Positions 49,068-57,208 of a stretch of DNA of 64,000 nt are shown in pieces (the stretch's first letter is position 1; the number at the start of each line of letters is the position of its first letter). The notes under the pieces are model-generated. The model had not been told where the DNA came from and made no database searches. It saw only the letters and a list, made by a program, of their open reading frames with translations. Position numbers and translations under genes: made by a program. Location of the stretch: the NCBI GenBank assembly GCA_937879875.1, contig CALFMN010000231.1, positions 1-64,000 of the forward strand, given 5' to 3'. This stretch comes from an uncultured Chloroflexota bacterium. GTDB taxonomy: Bacteria > Chloroflexota > Dehalococcoidia > CAUJGQ01.

Positions 49068-49340
49068 TCACAGGTCAGTGGGCGGAGTTGGGCGGCTCTC
49101 GTGGCGAATGCGGTCCAGATCGGCCGCAAACTCCTCCCAATCCAGCTCGCTCCAGGCGCCGATCACAGCGAGTGCCGCCTGCAACGTTTCGTCGGAGTCG
49201 CCTGTCATGGCTGCGGCTCGATCGCCGGCCACATACTGCACCATGGGCCGGCCGTCTTCCTCGCACACGATGCCGACCAGTGGTTGGTCCGCGGCGAGCG
49301 TCAGGGTCCGAAGATGATCAGGATCGTCGTTATATTCCAC
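49068..49340 (-). CDS. small acidic hypothetical protein
   Basis: 90 aa, convergent with the nuclease gene, within the lower-GC islet. Confidence 0.35.
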   Translation of the reverse strand: MEYNDDPDHLRTLTLAADQPLVGIVCEEDGRPMVQYVAGDRAAAMTGDSDETLQAALAVIGAWSELDWEEFAADLDRIRHESRPTPPTDL

Positions 49341-49451
49341 GGCGCTCTTCGCCCCCAGGTCAGCATCTCAGGGCAACTGCTGGTTTGGCGTGAACGCACT
49401 GTCCGCTGCGAACCCTCCGCTAACATGCCGGGCGCACGATCGAAGCGGGGC

Positions 49452-50039
49452 TCAGGCCGTGCGGTCTTCGGGGTGGGACAGCATGCCGCGCAGGAAGAGG
49501 GCCGCGTAGGCGCGGGCGCGCTCCTCGGCGCTGCGATGCACGAAGAACGAGGGCTTGAACGAGTTGGCCAGATAGTCGGCGGTCAGCTCGACGTCCAGAT
49601 CGGCGCGGAAGATGCCCGCCGCGATGCCGCGCCGGACCAGCGGCTCCATCCGCGCCACGGGGTTCAGCTCCATGAACAGGGGGATGCAGGCGGCCGGGAT
49701 GTGCCCGCCGATCGCCGCGGCCATGTAGCCGAAACGATCGTGAAGCGCGAAGCCGTGCCGCAGCAGTGCGTGGATCGCCGCGATCGGATCTTCGATCGCG
49801 GCGGCCGTTTCGATCACCTCGCGGATCTGCTCGACCATTTCGGTCACGATCGCGACGATCAGATCGTCTTTGGTGGGGAAGTTGCGGTAGATCGTGCCCA
49901 CGCCCACGCCGGCGCGCTCGGCGATCTCCTTCATCTCGGCGTCGGGACCGCGCTCGCGCAGCACCTCGTGCGCCGCCGCCAGCAGACGGGCGCGGTTGGC
50001 ACGGGCATCCGCACGCGTTACTGGATGGTCGATGGTCAT
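49452..50039 (-). CDS. TetR/AcrR family transcriptional regulator
   Basis: MKEIAERAGVGVGTIYRNFPTKDDL HTH; divergent from the MMPL gene. Confidence 0.85.
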   Translation of the reverse strand: MTIDHPVTRADARANRARLLAAAHEVLRERGPDAEMKEIAERAGVGVGTIYRNFPTKDDLIVAIVTEMVEQIREVIETAAAIEDPIAAIHALLRHGFALHDRFGYMAAAIGGHIPAACIPLFMELNPVARMEPLVRRGIAAGIFRADLDVELTADYLANSFKPSFFVHRSAEERARAYAALFLRGMLSHPEDRTA

Positions 50040-50210
50040 GAACGGTATGCCTCCGGACTCACAGCCCGATCCCGCGCCGTGGGACACCAGCGCCTCACCG
50101 CCGACGGTCGGCGCGCGGGCGGCGGGAGCGATCAACGGTCTGTGGTCCGGTCTCAGTATAGACCAAAAGTACGGGTTGACAAGGAAGCGGAACTGGCGTT
50201 CCAATTAAAC

Positions 50211-50236
50211 GGAAGTGGAATTCCATTTCTGTCAAG
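50211..50236. promoter_or_regulatory. imperfect palindrome AAGTGGAATTCCATTT (candidate TetR operator) with TTGACA -35-like hexamer at 50176
   Basis: In the 267-bp divergent tetR/MMPL intergenic region. Confidence 0.35.
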
Positions 50237-50306
50237 TAGAGAGCTGAACGGCTCAGCCATCATTCGCCGCCCGGGCCGGCGGTCTTTGCACCACGGAGGT
50301 TCAGTT

Positions 50307-52529
50307 ATGCGTATTGCCTCTTCCGCTCCCGCTGCCTCGCCCGGCGCCCTCGCCCGCTGGGCGCGCACGGCCGTGCGTCATCGCCGCGCGGTGCTCGGCG
50401 TCTGGGGCGTGGCGCTGGTGCTGCTGTTTGGGCTGGCGATTCCCTTCGGCGGCACGTTTGCCTCCGACTTCTCGCTTCCCGGCACGGAATCGCAGAAGGC
50501 CCTGGACCTGCTCAAGTCGCGCTTCCCCGCGCAGTCCGGCGACAGCGCCCGCATCGTCTTTCAGGCGAAGGCCGGTGTGAACGACCCGGAGATCAAAGCC
50601 CGCATCAATACGGTGCTCGCACAGGCGAAGGGCTTGTCCGGCGTCGTCGGCGTGCAGTCGCCCTTCGATCCGAACAGCCAGGCCGTCTCCCAGGACGGCA
50701 CAGTCGCCTTCGCCACGCTGCAGTACGCGAAGCAGGCCGATGCGCTGCCGAAGGGCGACGTGGACCAGCTACTCAAGCTGGTCGATCGCTCGAAGGGCGG
50801 CGGGCTGACGGTGGAAGCCGGCGGCCAGGTGGTCGAAGCCACGGAAACGGAGCCGCCCGGCTCGACGGAAGTCATCGGCCTGATCGGGGCGATCTTCATC
50901 CTGCTGATCGCCTTCGGCTCGGTCGTGGCGATGGGGCTGCCGCTGGCGACGGCCCTGGTGGGTATCGGCAGCGCCTTCGCGCTCGTCGCCTTCAGCGCCA
51001 ATTTCCTCTCTTTCCCAACGTTCGTGACGGCGTTCGCATCGATGATCGGCCTCGGCGTGGGTATCGACTACGCGCTGTTCATCGTCACGCGCTTCCGCGA
51101 AGGTCTGCACGCCGGCCATAGCGTCGAAGATGCGGTGGTGCTGGCGATGGGCACGGCGGGCCGCGCGGTCAGCTTCGCCGGCATCGTCGTGGCGATCGCC
51201 TTGCTCGGCCTGATCGCCGTCGGCATTCCTTTTGTCGCGGCCGTCGGCATCGGCGCTTCGGTCGTGGTCGCAATGGCGGTGCTCGTGGCGCTGACGCTGC
51301 TGCCCGCGCTGCTGGGCTTCGCCGGTACGCGGGTGGACCGCTGGCAGTTGCCGCTGTTCAAGACCAAAGGCTCGGGCGACGCCCGCGGCTTCTGGTTCCG
51401 CTTCGCCGGCGGCATTCAGCGCCGGCCCTGGCTGTGGATGCTCGTTTCGCTCAGTGCACTCGTGGTGCTGGCGCTGCCCTTCTTCCGCATCCATCTCGGC
51501 TTCTCCGACGCCGGCAACAGCCCCACCTCGCTGCACTCGCGCCGCGCCTATGATCTGCTGACGGAGGGCTTCGGCAAGGGCTTCAACGGCCCGTTTGAGG
51601 CCGTGGTCGACTTGAAGGGCGCCGGACAGAACGGGCAGACCGTGCTTGGCAGCGTCGAGCAGGCGCTGAAGGCGGCGCCGAACGTCGCACAGGTCTCGCC
51701 GCCGATCCCGAACCCCGCCGGCGACGCGGCGATCATCGCCATCACGCCGAAGACAGCGCCGCAGGACAACGCAACGCAGCAGATGGTGCGCGACCTGCGC
51801 AGCACGACCGTGCCTCCGGCGGTGGCCGGCACGGGCGCCCGCGTCTACGTGGCCGGGCCGACCGCGGCGTTTGTGGACATCGGCGACCGCATCCAGAGCC
51901 GCATGCCGCTCTTCTTCGGCGCGGTGATCGGCCTGAGCTGCCTGCTGCTGATCGCCGTCTTCCGCTCGGTGGTGGTGGCGCTGAAGGCGGCGGTGATGAA
52001 CCTGCTCTCGATCGGCGCCAGCTACGGTGTGATCGTGGCGATCTTCCAGTGGGGCTGGTTCTCGAACATCGTCGGCGTCAAGGCCGGCCCGATCGAAACG
52101 TTCCTGCCGATGATGATGTTCGCCGTGCTCTTCGGCCTTTCGATGGACTACGAGGTCTTCCTGATCAGCCGCATCCGCGAGGAGTACACGCAGACGCGCG
52201 ACAACGCCGATTCCGTGGCGCACGGCCTGGCGGTGACGGCACGGCTGATCACGGCGGCGGCGGCGATCATGGTGGTCGTCTTCCTTACCTTTGTGCTCGG
52301 TGACAACCGCATCATCAAGGAGTTCGGCATCGGCCTCGCCACCGCGATCTTCGTGGATGCGACGATTGTGCGGCTGGTGCTGGTGCCCTCGACGATGGAG
52401 CTGCTGGGCGACGCCAACTGGTGGCTGCCGCGCTGGCTGGATGCGCTGCTGCCGCACCTCGACATCGAGGGGAGCCGTGTGCGCGCCGCCTCGGCGCCGG
52501 CGGTCGAGGCGATCGCGGCCGCGGACTGA
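50307..52529 (+). CDS. MMPL-family (RND superfamily) membrane transporter
   Basis: Two 6-TM bundles with periplasmic domains; ACGGAGG RBS; the track ORF N-terminus is antisense to tetR. Confidence 0.85.
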   Translation: MRIASSAPAASPGALARWARTAVRHRRAVLGVWGVALVLLFGLAIPFGGTFASDFSLPGTESQKALDLLKSRFPAQSGDSARIVFQAKAGVNDPEIKARINTVLAQAKGLSGVVGVQSPFDPNSQAVSQDGTVAFATLQYAKQADALPKGDVDQLLKLVDRSKGGGLTVEAGGQVVEATETEPPGSTEVIGLIGAIFILLIAFGSVVAMGLPLATALVGIGSAFALVAFSANFLSFPTFVTAFASMIGLGVGIDYALFIVTRFREGLHAGHSVEDAVVLAMGTAGRAVSFAGIVVAIALLGLIAVGIPFVAAVGIGASVVVAMAVLVALTLLPALLGFAGTRVDRWQLPLFKTKGSGDARGFWFRFAGGIQRRPWLWMLVSLSALVVLALPFFRIHLGFSDAGNSPTSLHSRRAYDLLTEGFGKGFNGPFEAVVDLKGAGQNGQTVLGSVEQALKAAPNVAQVSPPIPNPAGDAAIIAITPKTAPQDNATQQMVRDLRSTTVPPAVAGTGARVYVAGPTAAFVDIGDRIQSRMPLFFGAVIGLSCLLLIAVFRSVVVALKAAVMNLLSIGASYGVIVAIFQWGWFSNIVGVKAGPIETFLPMMMFAVLFGLSMDYEVFLISRIREEYTQTRDNADSVAHGLAVTARLITAAAAIMVVVFLTFVLGDNRIIKEFGIGLATAIFVDATIVRLVLVPSTMELLGDANWWLPRWLDALLPHLDIEGSRVRAASAPAVEAIAAAD

Positions 52530-52726
52530 CGCCGGTATCGAGTGGCCCGCCTCGGGCGATCCAATTGGCCGTCCTCGCAGTGCTGCGAGGACGGCCTTCG
52601 CTCGGCCGGCGCTGCCCTGGTTTGCCACGGTCCGTGGTGCTCATTCACGGTGTCTTATGGACTGTCGAACAACTGTACGAAAGTATCGGGCGCGTGATGG
52701 CGCACACAGTGGATAATAGGGAGGAT

Positions 52727-53233
52727 TCACCCGCCGGTGATCGAAGGCCAGGCCGGCGCGGCTTCTCGCCCCAGCCTGGAGATTTCGTCCTTCGACACGG
52801 CGCTGGCCCGGTTCACAAAGCCCAGGATCAGCGCAAGCTCGGCGTCGGTGTAGCGCGTGTACAGCGCCTCCACCGCCTGCTGCATCCCGGAAGCGAGCGA
52901 GAGCAGCTCAGCTTCCCGCTCGGAGTTCGAACTGATGATCACGCGCCGGCGGTCGTTGGGATCCTGCTCGCGGCGCACGTAGCCCGCGCGTTCCAGCCGG
53001 TCGATCAGCCCCGTAACGGCGCCAGTCGTGAGGCCGGTGAGTTCCGCGAGCCGGCCGGCGGTGACCGGGCCGTTGCGCATCAGAAGGTCGAGACATTCCA
53101 TGTCGGTTGAACCGATGCCGAGGTGATCCGCCATGGCCTGGCTGAAGAGCACGCCGAGCGCAGTGACCTCCCGCAGCGCCCCGGTGAGCGCGGCGACGAG
53201 CGCCGCACGGTCCGAGCTGTTCGTGCTTGACAT
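52727..53233 (-). CDS. MarR family transcriptional regulator
   Basis: wHTH region GPVTAGRLAELTGLTTGAVTGLIDRLERAGYVRR. Confidence 0.85.
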   Translation of the reverse strand: MSSTNSSDRAALVAALTGALREVTALGVLFSQAMADHLGIGSTDMECLDLLMRNGPVTAGRLAELTGLTTGAVTGLIDRLERAGYVRREQDPNDRRRVIISSNSEREAELLSLASGMQQAVEALYTRYTDAELALILGFVNRASAVSKDEISRLGREAAPAWPSITGG

Positions 53234-53247
53234 GAGCTCTCATTTAT

Positions 53248-53268
53248 CTTAGCATCTAAGATGCTTAG
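53248..53268. promoter_or_regulatory. near-perfect palindrome CTTAGCATCT-A-AGATGCTTAG (candidate MarR operator)
   Basis: 15 nt upstream of the marR start, in an AT-rich divergent region before the ABC operon. Confidence 0.5.
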
Positions 53269-53373
53269 TAAATAAGTAGATGAGCAGATAAGGCAACTTC
53301 CTGAGGCCAGTATAGCCGGAAGCGGACGCTCGCCAAACAGGGCGATCCGCGCAAGCGCCAGGAGGATTCGGAG

Positions 53374-54201
53374 ATGAGTATCAGCACAGCCACGCTCGAA
53401 GCGCCATCGCGCAACGGCGCCAGCGCGCCAACGCAGGCGCTCGTCGTGAGCAATCTGGTGAAGCGCTACGGCGAGTTCACCGCAGTCAAAGGCATTTCCT
53501 TTGGCGTGAAGCAGGGCGAGATCTTCGGCCTGCTCGGTCCGAACGGCGCTGGCAAGACCACGACGATCGAGGTGATCGAAGGGCTGCGCGAGGCGACCTC
53601 GGGCGAGGTCAGCGTGCTGGGCCGCAGCATCACCGCCGACCCGCGCGGCGTGAAGCGGCTGATCGGCGCCCAGCTGCAGCACTCCGACTTCTTCGAACAC
53701 CTCACGCTGCTGGAGCAGCTTGACTATCTCGCGGCCTGCTACGACACGCGCTGCGACGCGCGGGCGCTGCTCACGCTGGTGGACCTGGCAGACCGGCCGA
53801 AGCTGCGCGTGCAGCAGCTCTCGGGCGGCCAGCAGCAGCGCTTCGCCATCGCCGCGGCGCTGGTGAACGACCCGCCTTTGGTGCTGCTGGACGAGCCTTC
53901 AACCGGCCTCGATCCGAAGGCGCGGCTGGACCTGTGGAAGCTGATCCGGGGGCTGCAGAGCGAGGGCCGCACGATCCTGCTCTCCACCCACTACATGGAA
54001 GAGGCCGAGGAGCTGTGCGACCGCGTGGCGATCATGGACCACGGCGCGATCGGCGCCCTCGGCGCGCCGTCCACCCTGATCCAGCAACTGCTCAACACCG
54101 GCTACCGCCGGCCCGCGCCGGTGCGCGAAGCGACGATGGAAGACGTCTTCCTGTCCACCACGGGCCACAGCTTCGCCGAGGCGGAGGAGGAGAAGAAGTA
54201 G
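53374..54201 (+). CDS. ABC transporter ATP-binding protein
   Basis: Walker A GPNGAGKTT, signature LSGGQQQR, Walker B LLLDEP. Confidence 0.9.
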   Translation: MSISTATLEAPSRNGASAPTQALVVSNLVKRYGEFTAVKGISFGVKQGEIFGLLGPNGAGKTTTIEVIEGLREATSGEVSVLGRSITADPRGVKRLIGAQLQHSDFFEHLTLLEQLDYLAACYDTRCDARALLTLVDLADRPKLRVQQLSGGQQQRFAIAAALVNDPPLVLLDEPSTGLDPKARLDLWKLIRGLQSEGRTILLSTHYMEEAEELCDRVAIMDHGAIGALGAPSTLIQQLLNTGYRRPAPVREATMEDVFLSTTGHSFAEAEEEKK

Positions 54202-54203
54202 CA

Positions 54204-54956
54204 ATGCGAGTCTTCCGTGCCACGCTCGACAACCAGCTCAAGAGCTTCTACCGCGACCCGCAGGCGCTGATCTTCACGCTGGTCATGCCTTTGATGATCA
54301 TGCTGGTGCTCAGCCTGTTTAATATCCACGTCACCGGCCCCGGCGGCGCCCGGCGCAACTACATCGATCTGCTGCTGCCGGGCATGGTCGCGCTCACGGC
54401 CACGAACGCCGGTTTCAACAGCGTGATCTTCGGCATTACGCGCTACAAAGAGCGCGGCGTGCTGCGGCGGATTAAGGCCTCGCCGGCCGGCACGCTGGCC
54501 TTCATCAACGGCATCGCCGTCAGCCGCATCGTGGTGGTGGCGCTCTCCTGCATCATCACCTGGGCGATCGGGCGCTTCATCTTCCAGGCGCACATGAGCG
54601 GCAACGCGCTGGCGCTGATCGCGCTTTCCGTCGTGAGCGCACCTGCCTTCATCGCGGTCGGCATGATCGTGGTCGGCCTGGCGAAGAACGAGGACCAGGC
54701 CGGGCCGATGTCCTTCCTCTTCTTCCTGCCGATGCTGCTCTTCTCTGGCATGTTCGTCTCCCGCGCCGGCCTCAACGGCGGCGTCGCCTGGGTGACGCAC
54801 GGCCTGCCGATGACCTACCTGGTGGACGCGCTGCAGCGCGTGGCCTTTTTAGGCCAGGGCTTCTCCGCGTCGCTCTGGACGGACCTCGCGGGCATGGCCG
54901 TCTGGGCGGCGATCGCCACCGCCATCGCCACGCGCACCTGGAAATGGGAATCGTAG
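54204..54956 (+). CDS. ABC-2 type transporter permease
   Basis: 6 TM; 2 nt after the ATPase stop. Confidence 0.8.
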   Translation: MRVFRATLDNQLKSFYRDPQALIFTLVMPLMIMLVLSLFNIHVTGPGGARRNYIDLLLPGMVALTATNAGFNSVIFGITRYKERGVLRRIKASPAGTLAFINGIAVSRIVVVALSCIITWAIGRFIFQAHMSGNALALIALSVVSAPAFIAVGMIVVGLAKNEDQAGPMSFLFFLPMLLFSGMFVSRAGLNGGVAWVTHGLPMTYLVDALQRVAFLGQGFSASLWTDLAGMAVWAAIATAIATRTWKWES

Positions 54957-55050
54957 ATCGTGGTGGGTGTGACAGGTGGTATTTGAGCAGCGCCGCCGTA
55001 TTTCGCCGAAATACGGCGGCGCTTGCCGTTCTGGCTGAAGGAGTTGACCG

Positions 55051-55932
55051 ATGGTGGCGGAGCGCAGCGTGCTCGATTTCTACACTCAGTCCGCCGAGAT
55101 GACGTCAGCAGGCAATCATGCGGCCGGGTTCGCGGCGCTGCCGCACGATATTGCCGGCCTCGCCCGCGTGGCGCAGGGTCTGTACCTGCACGAGCACATC
55201 GCGGAGAACTACGGCGTGGCGATTGCCAACGAGCGCAGAAGTGAGGTCCACATCCGCGCGAACGCGCGGCGGCTGGACTGTCTGCTCTCCCGCGACGGCC
55301 GGCCGCTATCGAGCGCGCGGCAGCCCGATCAGCGGCTGATCGCCAACTGCCGCCACTTCAGCGTGCTGCTGGTTGCGATGCTGCGGAACCAGGGTGTGCC
55401 GGCACGGGCGCGGTGCGGTTTCGCCACATATTTCGAGCCTGGCCGCTTCATCGACCACTGGGTCTGCGAGTATTGGGACGCTGATCAGGCGCGCTGGCTG
55501 CTGGTTGATGCGCAGATCGACGACCTGCAACAAGCGCTGTTCAAGACTGACTTCGACCTGCTCGACGTGCCGCGCGACCGCTTCGTGATCGCGGGCGATG
55601 CCTGGGCGCAGTGCCGCGCGGGCAAGGCCGACCCGGAGACGTTCGGCATTCTCGACATGCACGGGCTCTGGTTCATCGCGGGCAACCTTGTGCGCGATGT
55701 GGCGGCGCTTAACAACGTGGAGATGCTGCCCTGGGACGTGTGGAGAGCGATGCCGCAACCGGGCGAGCCGCTCTCCGACGAGCAGCTCGCCTTCTTCGAT
55801 CGGCTCGCCGCGCTCACGCACGAGCCGGACGCCGCGTTCGCCGAACTCCACGCGCTCTACGAGGGCGACGACCGCCTGCGCGTACCAACGACCGTCTTCA
55901 ACGCCGTGCTGAACCGCCCCGAAGCGCTTTGA
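55051..55932 (+). CDS. transglutaminase-like cysteine-protease-fold protein
   Basis: CRHFSVLLVAMLRNQGVPARARCGF catalytic Cys context with downstream His/Asp; GAAGGAG RBS. Confidence 0.7.
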   Translation: MVAERSVLDFYTQSAEMTSAGNHAAGFAALPHDIAGLARVAQGLYLHEHIAENYGVAIANERRSEVHIRANARRLDCLLSRDGRPLSSARQPDQRLIANCRHFSVLLVAMLRNQGVPARARCGFATYFEPGRFIDHWVCEYWDADQARWLLVDAQIDDLQQALFKTDFDLLDVPRDRFVIAGDAWAQCRAGKADPETFGILDMHGLWFIAGNLVRDVAALNNVEMLPWDVWRAMPQPGEPLSDEQLAFFDRLAALTHEPDAAFAELHALYEGDDRLRVPTTVFNAVLNRPEAL

Positions 55933-55964
55933 GCAGGCGAACGGGCTGACAGAGTGCGCCAATG

Positions 55965-56426
55965 CTACTGACGCCGCGCCGCCCGTCCGCCGCCCGCTAT
56001 CGGCTGGCCCACGGTCAGTGGCTGCAGCGTTGGCCTGTTGCCGGAGTCGAGATACAGCAAGAACCAGCGCGGTCCACGCGCCTGACGGACCGCATCGGCG
56101 ATCTGGTCGAGCTTCACCGTGAGCATGAGATGCAGCTCCTTCGCGTCAATCCGGTTCTTGCGCCGGTCAAGACCCCGAATCCAGACCACGCTCAGGCGAT
56201 GCTGTTCGAGGATGGAACGATGCTGGGTTCGAGCGGCATCGTCTTTCGTGATCCAGACGTAGCCCTGATCAGCGAGCCACGGGATCAGGCGTTCGTCGAG
56301 TTCGCCCAGTCTGCTCTCCGCTCGCGCCGACGTGATCGGATGCCCAACCAGTTCGAGTGCTTCGGCCACCGCGTACGGCAGCCCCTCGTCCAGATAGAAG
56401 CGCGGCGCATCAGGCCGCGCGGGCAA
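55965..56426 (-). CDS. DUF5615 PIN-like nuclease (toxin-like)
   Basis: FYLDEGLPYAVAEALELVGH...YVWITKDDA pattern; overlaps the upstream DUF433 gene by 17 nt. Confidence 0.55.
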   Translation of the reverse strand: MPARPDAPRFYLDEGLPYAVAEALELVGHPITSARAESRLGELDERLIPWLADQGYVWITKDDAARTQHRSILEQHRLSVVWIRGLDRRKNRIDAKELHLMLTVKLDQIADAVRQARGPRWFLLYLDSGNRPTLQPLTVGQPIAGGGRAARRQ

Positions 56427-57165
56427 GGATCGCTTCCCAGTTGATTGCCGCCTCTATCTGCCGCCTCTCGACTCCGTAAAGGCGGGCAAGTTCGTCGGCG
56501 GCATCGCCGGCCTGATGTAGCTCCCAGAGCACCTCCGTTTGTATCCTGGTGCCTTCGATGCAGGGGGCGCCAAACGCGATGCCGCCAGTCATGAGCACGC
56601 CCTCGGCTGGCCGCCATGCGCTCGCCTGCCCTCCGGTATCGAATTCCAACCCGTGATTCACCGACCGCATGTAGTCGCGCAAAAATTCCATCCCAAGCTG
56701 GCCGCCTCGGGACGCGCTCAACAGCATTTCAGCCAAGCCAACGAAGACCTCGGTCGAGTATGTCCAGATCTGCTCGGTGATGAACGGCTGCGGGCTGCCC
56801 GTCAACTGACGCGCCCACAACTCTGCACGGAGGATCGCAGCGAGCGGCACGCCGCGGGTGCGCATCACGGTGATCAGCCGCAGACGGATCAGCTCCTCGA
56901 ACGAGACGATGCGCCGCCGCGCCGGCACGGTTGCAATCTGTTCGCCTTCCAGCCCGCGCGTAATCCAGGCATGGAGCTGCCGCGATGTGGGCCTGATGAA
57001 GCGGTCGCGCGACTGTTTCCAGCGGGACAGGACAACGCCGGGCGGCGGGGTCGTGGCGCGCAGGTAGAGGGCAACGTCTAGCACCGCGTAGGCTCCCGAA
57101 GAGCCTCGCCGGTCGACTCTGACAATTGGTTCCCGCTGCGCGCCCATCAGTTTGGTCACGATCAC
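56410..57165 (-). CDS. DUF433-domain protein with about 170 aa N-terminal extension (antitoxin-like)
   Basis: C-terminal PCIEGTRIQTEVLWELHQAGDAADELARLYGVERRQIEAAINWE = DUF433; start uncertain. Confidence 0.55.
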   Translation of the reverse strand: MIVTKLMGAQREPIVRVDRRGSSGAYAVLDVALYLRATTPPPGVVLSRWKQSRDRFIRPTSRQLHAWITRGLEGEQIATVPARRRIVSFEELIRLRLITVMRTRGVPLAAILRAELWARQLTGSPQPFITEQIWTYSTEVFVGLAEMLLSASRGGQLGMEFLRDYMRSVNHGLEFDTGGQASAWRPAEGVLMTGGIAFGAPCIEGTRIQTEVLWELHQAGDAADELARLYGVERRQIEAAINWEAILARAA

Positions 57166-57208
57166 TCTGCACTAACCGAACATACGTTTGGAACAAGGGC
57201 CACTGCTA

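Noticed and set aside
49101-50306. N-terminal portion of the 1142-aa plus-strand ORF
   Set aside because: Antisense to the TetR gene. The MMPL transporter starts at 50307 with ACGGAGG RBS.
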